In this document: in pieces, positions 1-13,664 of the stretch | Position numbering within the stretch: the first letter of the stretch is position 1 | Layout: each line of letters opens with the position of its first letter | Source of the DNA: Phaeosaccion multiseriatum | Lineage: Eukaryota; Protista; Ochrophyta, other classes | DNA length: 64,000 nt | Reading direction: 5' to 3' | Assembly: GCA_965112735.1 (NCBI GenBank) | Contig: OZ218950.1 | Location: forward strand, 310,001-374,000 | Translations under genes and position numbers: made by a program | The notes under the pieces: generated by a model | Databases searched by the model: none | What the model saw: the letters and a program-made list of their open reading frames with translations, nothing else | Told to the model about the DNA's origin: nothing

Positions 1-3000
1 ACCAACTGCTGCAGCTGGAGACAAGCTCTTGCCCCCTACTAGATATGAACCCTCCACACATCCACCCATCCACCCATCTATCCACACGCACACACACATG
101 CACACACCTGCATCCTCTACGTGGTCCCACAGCTCCGGACGCAGCCTGGGCATCCCCGGTGGGCCCCCTGGGGTCCCCCCTGGGAAAAGGCCACTCCCTC
201 CAGGGGAAAGGCTGAAAGACGAAGTGGCCCGGATCGAAGCCGCGGAGGACATTGAGCCCGTCCCGCGCCTATACGGATTAAGTTTGAGTTTCAGTTGTTA
301 GGTTGGTTCGCCATTCAGTTTCTAAGATTCAAGTGCGATGAAAGGAAGGCGGTCAGTCACCATTTCAGATTGAGACAACGAGCAGGAAGAAGCCTTCGAA
401 CCTCTCCCTCCCTACCTCCCTCCCTCCCTCCCTCCCCTCCTTCCCCCCATCCACTGCCATCCCTCCCTCACCGATGGCCTTGTCTGGGCCTCTCGTACAG
501 CGGCTCCGGCGTCCGCTCCCCCCACTGCAGCCGGTCCACCCTTATCGTCCCCAGCACCTCCTCGGGTAGCTCCTCCTCAGAAGCGGCCTCCAAGAGGAAA
601 CCTTCGCGGGGGATGGCAGTGGATGAGATTGAGGGAGGAGGGAGAGAGAGAAGGAGGGAGGAAGGAGGGAGGGAGGGAGGGAGGGAGGGAGGGAGGGAGG
701 GAGGGGGGTGGGTGGGAGAGAGCAAATAAACTGACTGAAAATGGGGGGGTGGCAGTAGATGGGACAACTTCATCGATACATATCGTACCTTCGACATGAT
801 ACATCGACATCGATACATCGATAAATAATTCCTTCGACTTATCACCCTCCCCCGAACCATGACGTAGCACAGCAGCATACGGAACATTACGTAGGCACGT
901 ACCTAAGTCCAACACCATGTCCTCTGTGTGTGGAAGCACCTTGCCCACCACTGCCTCGGCCCACACCGAGGCCGTCAGGTCCACACACGTCTCCATGTAG
1001 CACAAGCCTCGGAAGTGTCGCAGAGGGATGTGCTGCCCGACACGCTTGGGGCCTCCGCTGTCTGCGGCGGTGCGTGCCGCCCAGTGGCCTTGAGCTACCT
1101 TGGAGATGACCTTTGGGATGGGATTGAGAGAGATATTGAAAGGGGGGGGAGGGAGGGAGGGAGGAAGAGAGAGAGCGAGAGCGAGAGAAAGAGGGAGAGA
1201 TATGAGATACATGTATACAATACGAGAGAGGTATGAGAGAGAGAAGGGAGAGAGAACATGCGAGAAAGAGAAACAGAGAGAGAAGAGAGAGAGAAAGAGA
1301 GAGAAGAGAGAAGGGAGAGACCGAGGGAGAGAAGTGATAGAGGAACGAAGCGAGAGAGAGGCAATCCACAGAGACGGCAGCAGAGAGGGTTAGTCAGCTG
1401 CATGGCAAAGGAGTCACGCCATGCACGTCCTGAATGAACTGAAACGGACATGCAAACGAAAATGAAAACTGGCGACACCGACCTTGAGTCGCTGATTGCG
1501 AAAGTCCGTCTTCCCGAGGGGGGCATCCCCCGACCACCATGCGACCCCCTCGGGAAGGGCTGAGTGGACAGGGAGGCTGCAGTAGCGCAGCAGGAGAGAG
1601 ACGAACTTGTCGCTACCGCTCTCATGCTCTCTGTCCGTCTCTCTGTCTGTCTGTCGCTGTCTCTGTCTGTGGCTGGAGCTGTGGTTCCTAACGCTAGTGC
1701 TGTCCAAGCCGCTGGTCTGGACACCTCTGTCTCCTGCGCCTGCACCTGTGGGGGGGTGGTGGTTCGGGGGGCCTGCTGAAGCGGATGCTGCTGTATCACC
1801 AACTGCTGGTGCTGCTGCTGCTGCTGCTGCTGCTGCCTCATGGCTTGAATCTGAGGCCTCCTCTCTTGTCATGGGGGTCTGCGGAGGAGGAGGAGTGAGT
1901 GAGAGAGTGAGTGAGAGAGTGAGTGAGTGAGTGAGTGAGAAGAGAGAGTGAGGGAGAAGAGAGGAGTGAGGGGGAGGGAGGGAGAGAATGTTCAGCCCCT
2001 TCGTATATCTCCCATCACTGCCCACTCAGCCAACCCCCATCACCAACAACTCCGTCACATCCAACCACCACCCCAATCCACCCCAATCCACTCCAATCCA
2101 CTCCAATCCAATCCACTGCTTTCAACCAACCACCACCCCAATCCACCCCAATCCACCCCAATCCAATCCAATGCTTTCAACCAACCACTAACCCAATCCA
2201 CTCCAATCCAATCCAATCCAATCCAATGCTTTCAACCAACCACCACCCCAATCCACTCCAATCCACTCCAAACCAATCCAATGCTTTCAACCAACCACCA
2301 CCCCAATCCACTCCAATCCACCCCAATCCACTCCAATCCAATCCAATGCTTTCAACCAACCACCACCCCAATCCACTCCAATCCAATCCACTGCTTTCAA
2401 CCAACCACCACTCCAATCCACTCCAATCCAATCCAATCCAATGCTTTCAACCAACCACCACCCCAATCCAGTCCAATCCAATCCAATGCTTTCAACCAAC
2501 CACCACCCCAATCCACCCCAATCCACTCCAATCCAATCCACTGCTTTCAACCAACCACCACTCCAATCCACTCCAATCCAATCCAATCCAATCCAATGCT
2601 TTCAACCAACCACCACCCCAATCCACTCCAATCCACCCCAATCCACTCCAATCCAATCCAATGCTTTCAACCAACCACCACCCCAATCCACTCCAATCCA
2701 CTCCAATCCACTCCAATCCAATCCAATCCAATCCAATGCTTTCAACCAACCACCACCCCAATCCACTCCAATCCACCCCAATCCACTCCAATCCAATCCA
2801 ATGCTTTCAACCAACCACCACCCCAATCCACTCCAATCCACTCCAATCCAATCCAATCCAATGCTTTCAACCAACCACCACCCCAATCCACCCCAATCCA
2901 CTCCAATCCAATCCACTGCTTTCAACCAACCACCACTCCAATCCACTCCAATCCAATCCAATCCAATCCACTGCTTTCAACCAACCACCACTCCAATCCA

Positions 3001-6000
3001 CTCCAATCCACTCCAATCCACTCCAATCCAATCCAATGCTTTCAACCAACCACCACCCCAATCCACCCCAATCCACTCCAATCCAATCCACTGCTTTCAA
3101 CCAACCACCACCCCAATCCACTCCAATCCACCCCAATCCACTCCAATCCAATCCAATGCTTTCAACCAACCACCACTCCAATCCACCCCAATCCACTCCA
3201 ATCCAATCCAATGCTTTCAACCAACCACCACTACAATCCACCCCAATCCACTCCAATCCAATCCAATCCAATCCAATGCTTTCAACCAACCACCACCCCA
3301 GTCCACCCCAATCCACTCCAATCCAATCCAATGCTTTCAACCAACCACCACCCCAATCCAGTCCAATCCAATCCAATGCTTTCAACCAACCACCACCCCA
3401 ATCCACCCCAATCCACTCCAATCCAATCCAATGCTTTCAACCAACCACCACCCCAATCCACCCCAATCCACTCCAATCCAATCCAATGCTTTCAACCAAC
3501 CACCACCCCAATCCACTCCAATCCACTCCAATCCAATCCACTGCTTTCAAGCAAGGACGGGCACCAGTCTTTATAGCCACTCCGGTCTGACAAATAAACA
3601 AAGCGTGAAGACTCTTGCTGTTAACAACCCACCTCAAAGTAGCACACCACGCTGCAGGCAGGGCTCTGTGCCGACTTGGGCAGCTGAAGGTTGAGAACGA
3701 ACATGAACGGCGTCTGCGAGAGGCCCCTGCTCCGACTGAGAAACGCCATCTTCTCCAGCCGGGCGCACGCCTTACCCTTGGACGCGATATGGTCGATCCT
3801 CCCGCTGTTGCCACCACCACCACCACTACCACCGCCACTGCCACCACCACCACCACCACCACCACCACTGCTGCCAGTGGCATCGACACCGCCATTGCTA
3901 CTAACATCGTAAGGGTTACCGTTGCTACTGCTGCTGCTGCTCGTCTGCCTGCGGTGGTGCAGGGGCCCGAAGAGGTGATGGTGATGGTGGTGCTTCCTCT
4001 TGCCCGCTAAGCCGCCTAAGCCGCCCGCTGTGCTTCCCTCTACTTGAAAGATGTCGACATGCACGAGAGGGCACCTCGCTGCCTTGGAGGGGCACTTGAC
4101 CTTGTCAACGAGATACGTAGGGCCTCGAACCTGTTGGACAGGAGGGAAGGAGGGAGGGAGGGAGGGAGGGAGGGAGGGAGGGAGGGAGGGAGGGAGGGAG
4201 GGAGGGAGGGAGGGAGGGAGGGAGGGAGGGAGGGAGGGAGGGAGGGAGGGAGGGAGGGAGGGAGGGAGGGAGGAAGGGAGGGAAAGAGGGAGGGAAGGGG
4301 GGAGGGAGGGAGGGAGGGAGGGAGGGAGGGAGGGAGGGAGGGAGGGAGGGAGGTAGGGAAGGAGGGAGGGAGGGAGGGAGGGAGGGAGGGAAGGAGGGAG
4401 GGAGGGAGGGAGGGAGGAAGGGAGGGAAAGAGGGAGGGAAGGAGGGAGGGAGGGAGGGAGGGTCTTATACTCCAGTCTCAGCATTGGGTGGATGGGACCC
4501 CCCCCGACCCCCTTCGTCACATACTCTCCGTCTGTCTATCTGTCCGTCTGTCTATCCGTCTCTGTCTCTCCCTCTCCCTCTGCCCATATGCCCCTCCCTC
4601 CCTCCCCTCCCCTCCCCTCCCCTCCCCTCCCCTCCCTCCTTCCCTCCCTCCCCCGCCTGTAAGTGACTTGCATTACCTTGAAGAGGTTCCCAGCCGCCGG
4701 TCCCGAGTCTCGAAAGGAATCCCGCAGCTCCGGCCTCAGGGAGGCTAATGGAGGCAGCGCCCGCTCGCTGACATACCCCCCCTCCGCTCCCATCCCGCCT
4801 AACTCACTTGGCTCGTTCGCCTCCTGTATCACCAATTGCTCCTGCTGCTGGTGCTGCGTCGCCAGCCTTGCTGCTGTATGTGTCTTTCCACTCCTGCCAC
4901 CACCACCAGAGGAGAGGGGCGGTAGGTCGCTGCTCTTCCCCCCCGTGAACAGAGGCCCGAACTCCACCTCCTCCAGCACCTCTCCCCCCTCCTCCTCCTC
5001 CTCCTCCTCCGCTCCTCCCTCCTCCTCCTTCCCTCCGCCCGTCCCCCTCTTGACCGACCCCACCGCCCTCACCGCCCTCACCCAATTGCCGAGGAAGGCC
5101 TGCACATCCGGTTCGTTCACTACTTGCTGCTGGGCACAGATGGCGTCCATAAGCCTCTGGACGGCACCCTGGACCTTGGAGGGCTCCATGGGGCCATCAC
5201 CATCATCCTTGCCCTTCTCTTCCTTTTCTACCATGTGGTTATACGACAACGCGTCGTCGCCGGCTGCAGAAGAAGGAGGGGGAGAGGGCGCCCGGTCGGA
5301 CGTGAGAGGCGAAGGGGGAGCAGTGGTTGCAGCTCGGGTAGAAGTGGGGCTCCTCCTGGGAGTGGGAATTGGGCTACTCCGGGAAGGGCTTGGGCTGCTC
5401 CTGGAAGTGGGACTCGGGCTACTTCGTGCCCTTGTCATCCCTGCCCCTGAGAGCTTCCGCTTGAACCCTGTCAATGTATCACCAACTGCTGTCCCCCTCA
5501 GAGCATCGGAGGACCTTCTCCTCCCGGTGCTCAGAACACGCTCCAGGCTTTTCCACATGTTGCCATCCCACTGGTGATGATGATGGTGATGGTGCTCCCG
5601 ACCGGGAACAAGTCCATCTCCTCCTCCATCTCCTCCTCCTCCTCCCTCTCCTCCCCCTCCTTCTCCCAACTTCGATGAGTGATGACCGTGCCCCTCCAGC
5701 AGCCCTCTCTCCACGAGCCGTGTCCGCAGAACAATGGTCTCCCCCATAGTCCGGCGAGTGACCCACGACCTCTCTCCCTCCCCTTCCACCCCACCTGCCA
5801 TTCGAACGCTCATACAGACTTGAAGGTCTCCCTCCACCCCTCCCGTACTACTGGTGCTGATGCTGCTGCAAGTGCTGCCCGACCCCAACCCCGACCCGGA
5901 GCCCGAGCCCAAGCCCAATGGCGGCGGCTGAAGGCCGAGAACAGTTACCTTGCAGCCCACCAGCGACGCTGCTCGCTTCCTCACCCCCGGCAAAGGTCCC

Positions 6001-6652
6001 GCCATGATAGACACACGAGTTGGTGATACAGTAGCAGTAGAAACGCCTCGGTCTCTCTCGCTCCTGCCAACTGTAGTCGCCCCGCCCCCCCGAATTCTCC
6101 CACCAGTACCATCACCATCTCCTGTACCACCAACACCACCGGACGTTTCGGAACAGCCGAAACGGCCGATGCTCAGTGGCCCATCTACTGCCACCTTCCT
6201 CCCCGTCGCCGCCTTCACCACCCTTCGCATGGCCCCATGCATCTTATCTCTGTGCAGCAGCGGCACGACTCGGCTGAACAGCTCACAGAGTTCTTCGTCG
6301 CGTCGCTGCTCGCGCTCGCGTCTCTCTACCTCGCGCAGATGGTGAAGCACTCCACTGCCATCTCCTCCTCCTCCTCCTCCTCCTCCTCCTCGGATCGCTC
6401 GATGCTCCCTCCCCACCACAGTCGTGACTGTTGCGACTTGGAAGCGTATTTGCTTGGACAGCGCTCCAAAGGGGTCGGGCAGGAAGGAAAGGAGCCATGC
6501 CAGGAGCTTCCCTCCCTTTACTCCTCCTCCCCCTCCTCGTCCCTGTTCTCTGGCTCTCTGCTCTGCAAAGATGTCACAGATGGCGGGAGCCTTTCCGCCA
6601 TAGTCTACAGGCAAAACGGACGCCTCCACAGAGCGGTGCATCCTGTTGTGAT

Positions 6653-6711
<59 letters not shown>

Positions 6712-7238
6712 GGGACAGAAAAGACGATAGAGAGGGGGGGGGAGAGGGGGGAAGAGAGGAGAGGGATGGGAGAGAGAAGGAGAAAGAGAATAAGAAGGGA
6801 GCGGGAGAGAGAGGGGGGGGGGGGGGGAGAGAGAAGCGAGAGAGTTTCCGATTGAGATTCAATCGCGGCCACAGAGGGCGAAGAAGAGCACCAACCCACC
6901 CAACCAACACGCGCTACAAACACATCGTGTGGCGTACTTGTGCCGCCAGAGCTCCTGCGCCGTAGACTGTCGGAGGACGACGGAGACTCTTGCTGCAGTG
7001 CCCTCCGGCAGCAGAGGCCGCAAGCTCGCCCAGATAAAGGGGAAGGTGGAGGGGGCGTTGACCACATCCAGACTGTGCAGAATGCCTGTGGGCAAAGGAA
7101 AGGGGCAACGGCAGGTATGTCGTCCGTGTAGATGTGGTAGATACTCATTCTTCACGGCCAGGTGTGAGGGGAGTAGGGGATTTGGTCCGTACGCTGTTGA
7201 TGCTTAAGAAGGACGGACAGGTACCTCTCCTGGGCCTG

Positions 7239-7308
<70 letters not shown>

Positions 7309-7898
7309 GGATAGTACTCTGTGGTGATGGACATGAGCTCCTTCAGCACCGCCACTGTGCTCCCGTCCACCGCCCGAGAGAGCTGCGCCCCTGCCAGGTC
7401 CACTACCACCCTCAGGCCCTTGGGGTTGCCCGTGAGGCTGCTCGCCGAGCCGATGGCATGGATTGCCATCTCCAGCCGCCGCACGAACCAGCGCAGCAGC
7501 CGCTCCAGCGTCGTGTGGGTGCGTAGCAAAGTGGCCAGCCCTCCAGCAAAGCCGCTCCACAGCCACACGGGCTGCCCCACCCCGTCCTTGCCCAACACCG
7601 TCGCCTGCAGGGCGTGGCGGAGGAGGCCCACGTCGCAGCCCAGGATCTCGCTCTCGAGAGCGCCGTCCCCCACGCTGGTGCTGCTGGTGCTGGCGGTGGT
7701 GCTGCTTGTGCTGGAAGGTGTCCTGGCTCGGAGCGAGTCGGCGCCAAAATCCGCCCGCCATTGCAAGATGTTCTCGAGGCGGTGGAGACCCTCCAGACTG
7801 CGCATGCCACTGACGCGCAGCAGACGGAGGAGCTTGAAGTCCTCTGCCTCCTGCGAGGGCACGAGGAGCGTGCAGTCAAGGCCCCTTTCGGCGGCCAT
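1..7898 (-). CDS. Multi-exon CRAL-TRIO/Sec14 + PX-like + DUF1336 (EDR2 C-terminal) lipid-binding protein; 3' end runs off the window
   Basis: Exon 7898-7307 has Sec14 motifs (LLRLLR..LQWR, GKDGVGQPV, VVDLAG, EYYPG). It is spliced to 7085-6938 (ILHSLDVVNAPSTFPFIWASLRPLL) and to 6642 onward (VLPVDYGG). PX-like: WVTRRTMGETIVLRTRL...VQAFLG. DUF1336 motifs: VRGPTYLVDKVKCPS, DHIA, PFMFVLNLQLP..SVVCYFE, DFRNQRLK, RGLCYMETCVD, FLLEAASEEELPEEVLGTIR. GT-AG boundaries of the first introns are in phase. Confidence 0.8.
2060..3550. repeat. Intronic compound satellite, ~45-60 bp units TTCAACCAACCACCAC(C/T)CCAATCCA(CYCCAATCCA)n(ATCCA)n(A/C)TGCT
   Basis: Roughly 29 tandem units directly visible. The array lies inside an intron of the Sec14-PX-DUF1336 gene. 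Confidence 0.95.
4140..4460. repeat. (GGGA)n microsatellite, intronic
   Basis: Directly visible. Similar tracts occur at ~630-710 and 61443-61538. Confidence 0.95.
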
Positions 7899-8811
7899 TC
7901 TCGCCAGGGTCGACACTGCGTGTTCATCCTGCGATGATTGCAGCACGTTTGTTTAATTGACGCGATTCGGAAGAGCAGAGATGAGACTGATGCTACAGGC
8001 TAGGAGATAGCGTATCGTATCAACGTGTCATTGAAGAGGATACAGCGGGTAGACGAACCCTTCCGCCTTGCGTTTCGTTCGCCTTTACACCTCTTCGTCC
8101 ACCCTTTTCAAGCCCGAACTGCCAGCGCGACCCCCAGATATGAAGATACGTCACCTCAGCCATTCACTCCTTGAGTCGGGCAGGATTTACTCTCTTGCTC
8201 CCGTCTCACCTTCGGCGTGAGCTGCATCGTCCTTTCTCGCCAAACTATGGACGGAAGGACCTCTTCTCGCCTCCCGTCCTACGCAACACTATAACCACCT
8301 CCCCTAGACATGTCCGGGCACAATTAGATCGTAACACGTGTGTAGATAGAGGGAGTGGAGAGGAGGGAAGGGGGAGGACGATAATACGATTGAGAATTTG
8401 CGTTTCAGTGCTGTTGAACAGCCTTTCCTTGGGTACCAACGCCAAGAAAAGCCCAATCTCCCTTGGCAGTTACGGTTTCAGTTTGAGCTGCATGGCCTGT
8501 TTCCTGTCGTCGCACCCACGCGAAGATCACCGGGAGGATACAGAGGACGTGAAGCCTGCTTCAGAGAGGAGAAGGGGGAGATGGGATTCTTTTCGATTCG
8601 GCCGAGGAGAGGATAGGAAGTGAGGGCCTGGTTCATAAAGAAAGAGGAGAGGTGGGTCGCTTTCCGCATTCTGCCGACGAGGTGGCTGGGCTTGCGTTGC
8701 TTATCGGCTTTACTCGTTGGGGGGGGGGGGGGGCACTCAGGAATGGGGGGCAGTGGATCCTGAAGAAGGAGAAAATCATCACTGTCAACGAAAGGGAGGG
8801 CTCAGTCACCG

Positions 8812-11247
8812 ATGGGGAGGAGCGCAGCGCCCTGCTCCGGCAGAACCAGCAGCGGGCACCTGCCCCACACAGCAGCCATTCTCGCCACTAAAATTGATGC
8901 CCCGGCTTTCGCGAGAGGTGTCCAGCAACGACGGCGCCAAATCCTGGGGCTGGAGTCGGGTGTCCTGCGCAAAAGAGATGCGGTTGCTTCGTGCCGCGAC
9001 GCCCACATGCAAAAGAAGCAGCTCTTCATGTCGCGGAACAAACTCGAGGCGTGGAGGTCCACGTACGACAGAGTGCACGCCCCGGACGTTATCAGCAGAC
9101 CATCAGACCGCGCCTTCCCCACCCGGGTCTACACGCTTCAAGACGTGGCGATGTGGAGCTCAGACGACATGCGGCGGTGGTATGATAAGAACGCCGATCC
9201 GAAGCCTCCCTCCACGGCTGCGATTCGGGCGCAGGGCTTCGACCCCTTCTTATCTTCGTACCTTCTTCCTATGTCTTCTTCGGCGGGAGTGGCGAAGCCT
9301 GGCCGCGCTCCTTTCACCGCAGCGTCTGGAAGTGGAAGAAGAAGGCCACAGCAGAGCGCATCGGGCCATCTACAGTCAGAGTCCGGCTCAGGGCAGTCAC
9401 CGTCTAGGTCAGGACAGCTTACATCAGGGTCTTCAAAACCTCGATCGCGACAAGGACGGGCGTCAACAGCAGCCCTACAGTCCAGCAGCAGCCACGCCAG
9501 CTTCTTTCCACAGAAAGAAGCGCAAGCTGGGGTTGCGGTCGCAGAAGCAGCCGCCGCCGGAGGGACACGTCGCGCGTCCACGCCGGGGTGCCACTGGCTT
9601 GACTTTTCCGGTGAGTAATAAGATGGCAGTGAATGGTCACCGAGGCTGGGTGGTCGTATGGCGCTTATCAAGTTCCCTCCTGCTGACAAAACACGCGCAA
9701 CACTGTGCCCTCTTCCATGTCTGCCATCGACTGCTATCGACCGCCACGCCCTCCTCCTCCCTCCCTCCTCGCTCCTCCCTCCCCATCCAGGAAGCATCAG
9801 AGCTGCCCAGGAGAAGGGCGAGACCTTCGCCTCCACCTTTGCCCCCCCTACGCCCAAGGAGTGGGGACACAACAAGGTGAGAATGGTATATACATGCAGT
9901 GGGTGGGTTGTAACGATAATAGTACGTAACAGTACGTAGTGCGTGGAGCGTGGTGCTTGGGCCGTATTGTGTGCCATCAGATGCCATCTCCGCCGCTGTC
10001 GCTCGTGCTCTCCTCGTCCTCCTCTTGTGCTTTCTCCCGCGAGCCCTCCCTCCCTCTGTCCTTACCCATATGCCCCTGACTCTCTCCCTCCCCATACGCC
10101 TCCAACACGACGCGCAAGGTGCGTGGTATGGCACCTGCCCCCTGGAGTGACCGTCTCAATGACGATGAAGGTTTGGTCGGCTCTCCTCGCCGCTCCCCTC
10201 CCACCCCACTGGTGCAGAGGGAGCGCTACCTCATGCAAGGAGGAGGGCTGGAGGGCTACACGCGAGACCGACAAGAGACGGTGAGAGACGGTGATGAAGT
10301 GGCGATGTTTACCTACCTACCTACCTGCCCACCTACCTACCTACCTACGTACCTACCTACGTACCTACCTCCCTGTCTCCCTTCCTACCTCCCCTTCCTA
10401 GTGCTAGTCTCCTTCTTTCCTTCCTTCCCCGCTCCGCTAACAGGCTATCCGAGCACCCCTCGCTACCCCGTCGCTCATCCCTTCCACTCCCTTCCCATAT
10501 GCCTCCAATCCACTCCCCACATACGTCTGCCTTCCACACCGGGGGCAGGTGCGTCGGAGGCTTGCCTTCCAGCAGGGGACCCTTGAAATGGAGTAAGAGC
10601 GCAAGTGGCAGCCAGGGGGGGGGACAGTTACGGAATACAGTCTTAGGACATCTTCAGGATGCAGTCAGGATACAGCCAGGAGGCAGGCAGGATGCTCCGT
10701 GTCTCTCCTTCTCTGTGCCGGTCACATAATTGCCTCCTTGGCCCTTGGGCCTGCCGCACCACTTCTACAGTTCGGCTAAGCTGTGAGGTAAATCGAAATC
10801 GGCATCAATGTCAGCAAGAAGCGCTGGTCTGCGGTGCTCCGCGGGAGCGGAACCATCCATTGCCATCCACCTCGAGTGGAGCGATGATCGCCGTCATTGG
10901 ACCGAGCATTGATTGGGGTCAGGACACACAGACAAGCACCCTCAGCCAGGTAGGAGGAGCCGGAGGAGCAGTTGGTGATACAACAGCAGACGCCGTCGGC
11001 CTCGTTAGCCTCCTCCAGAGAGGAGTTGGCCAAAGTCCTTCCCGCCAACAAGACAGCACAAAGAGGTCAACAAGTCTGCCATCAGCTGCCATCAGCAGAA
11101 GAAGGTAGACTCCCGCAGACGAGCAGGAGAGTCGGAGAGAGGAGAGAAGCAGAAAGGAGGATGGGAGAAGAAGAGAGAGGACGCGACCAGTCGATCAACC
11201 GACCATGGCAAGACCTTGATGCGTTGAGTGATGGAGCGAACCAATGA
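8812..11247 (+). CDS. Hypothetical multi-exon protein
   Basis: ATG-started 268-aa ORF ending at a GTGAGT donor (~9611). Further GT-AG-flanked open segments at ~9791-9876, ~10119-10280 and ~10550-11247. No recognisable domain and the exon chain is uncertain. Confidence 0.4.
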
Positions 11248-11469
11248 ACACACCCTTTTTTACCCTTTGGAATCTTGGAGAGAGGGAGGGAGAGCGGCCA
11301 TTCATTCATCACCTAAGTCTGATGGAGGGAATGGCGCACCAGAGTGCTCTTGTGACTCCCAACGCGAGTCCTCTCACTACTACTGCCCTCGCTCGTAGGG
11401 ATCAGAAACTGGAACTGAAACTGAACTCCCCCTACGATACTCAACCAAAACTGAACAACTCCCCCGAAT

Positions 11470-12561
11470 TTACAACGAAAAGCTCCGCCCCGGGCACGCC
11501 TGTGCCTCTGCCACCCCGTCCAATTCCAGCATCTCCAGCGCATATACCGCTGCCTCCTCCGCCAGTTGGAGCTCGCTCGCCATCTGTGATTCAGTCAGCA
11601 CCTTCATTTTGACTGATGAGGCAGGGGACCCGAGCTTTGCATTCCACTTCGCAATTCCTTTTGGTGTGGCATTTTGTGGTGGTTCCAGCTCTGCTGCTGC
11701 AGCTGCTGCTCCATTTCCTACAACTGATACTTTTGCTGCTCCTGCTGCTGCGGCCGCTGAATCACCAACTGCTCCTTCTGCTACGGCGACTGCGGCTGCT
11801 GCTATCTTGCTAGCAGCTGCTACTGCTGCTTCTGCTACTGCGAGCTCCGCTAGTGCCTCTGCTGCTGCCGCATCGATTACTTCCAACGCCAGTGAAGTCG
11901 TATCGTTGTAGAAATTGAGGTGGAAGGGAACGTCCCCTCCCTCTCCACTCTCATGAGTATGGTCCCACCCCACGAAGGCGTCGAGCTGCTCTAACGCGCC
12001 CTCCTTGGAGGCGTCGACGATGAGGAGGTCTTGGGGGTGGTGGATGAAGTAAGAGAGCACGTCGTCGTGATAGGCAGACCTCAGGCTAATGAGCTCGCGC
12101 ATGGCAATTGTGGGGCCATTCTCTCGAAACATTCTGCGGAGGGAGGGAGGGAGGGGTTAATGGGAGGGAGGAGGAGGAGGAGGAGGAGGAGGAGGAGGAG
12201 GAGGAGGAGGAGGAGGAGGAGGGCGAGTCATAAAAAGTGCATGTGCGCGTTCTCGACTTTTCCCTGTATGGCAGCAGTCCAGGCATCTGGGTTTATTCAT
12301 TCGCTTTTCAGTCGGGAAGAGAGAACTACCGACAACCTTCCTCCTTCCCCCCACAGCCAGCACCGGCCCCCAAGCCACCATTCACCACCATCCTCCCACC
12401 ACCGCCTCTACCTCGTCGTGTCGATTCGGCCCGGCACATTTCTGTGCATAAAGACGCTCTTCACCCATTCCTTCAAGTCTCGTGTGTTCAACACAAACTT
12501 GCTCCCTACGAAGCGCTTGTGGACAGTCCTTTTGGTAGTGGCAACATTCGGGGGAGCAGGT

Positions 12562-12593
<32 letters not shown>

Positions 12594-13235
12594 TGGTGGT
12601 ACGACACAAAGCACAGTCGGCCCGTACCTTGGGGCCTCTTCTATCCTGCCCACTCCTACCCACCTGAAGTTGGCCTGCGCCGGGCCCTCGATTCCAGCGA
12701 AGCACCTTGTGTGCTTCCCTTCCTGTATGATGTCATTTACTTTCCACAGCTTCATTCGAATCTCCTTCAGCTGCAGCTGTCTTCTTCCCCCCTCGTGCAG
12801 CTCCTCCCCGAGCGCGCGGCGCAGAGCCGGTTGGTCACTCTGAGTGAAGGCTTTGCACCACTCCATCAGAGTCCTTGAATGGGCGCCCTGAAGCCCCAAA
12901 AAGAAAATCTTCCTCCACCTCTTCGTCGGTCGTCGTCCGCCACGGCCTACGACAACGCCTGCGCCAGCCCCCCCGCTGACGCCAACCTCGGGCACGGCCA
13001 CGCATCTCGCCAGCTCATGCTCGCACTTGCACTTGGTCGTGTAGGCCTGGCCGTCTGTGCAGCAATGTTGCCACCACGGCCGCCCCCCGATGCCTGTTCC
13101 CTCCTCAAACTCCTCTCCGCCCAAAGGCACGCCATGGGCCCCGGCCCTTGTACCAAGACGCCCCCCGCTCTTGCTGTATACAGCCAACAAGCACACCAGC
13201 GCGACTGGGAGCCTTCTCTTCCGTCTCGCGTGCAT
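11470..13235 (-). CDS. Sulfotransferase-family (P-loop, Sulfotransfer_4-like) protein with N-terminal hydrophobic segment; 2 exons
   Basis: KIFFLGLQGAHSRTL (degenerate 5'PSB loop), GSKFVLNTRDLKEWVKS, YHDDVLSYFIHHPQDLLIVD...LDAFVG...PFHLN. Intron ~12134-12410. Confidence 0.6.
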
Positions 13236-13664
13236 CCGAAGACTTTACTTCTGAAGGAAAAATTGAGGAGGGGGTGAGGAGATGTGGCAAAGAACCACTT
13301 CTTAAAAACAGAGCTCAGCCTAAGACTACCCCAGTTGTAGGAGGAGTGTTAGAGAGTGAAGGGAGGAAGGTGGTGCGGAGATGATATATCAGCGTCGCAC
13401 CTCCTTGTCTCTCCTATTGTAGCGCTGCAATGCGGAGGCTTCAGTCCGGCGGCGGCCCGGAACGTTACAGAATTTTTTCACAAAAACTAAAGCTTTCTCC
13501 TCCTTGCTCGGCCCATTCGCCTTTAGGTGCGTTCGTCCTGACGCAACTCGTGGGGAGAGAGGTTATTGTAGCATAGGCGTGCGAAGGAAGGGTGTCTAGA
13601 GCAAGGAGCGACAGAGCCACCACCGGGCCCTGCATCTTGGGAGCAGCAGCAGCCCTAAAGAAGG

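Noticed and set aside
1935-3694. Long ORFs (417-551 aa) in several frames
   Set aside because: Artefacts of a stop-poor intronic satellite.
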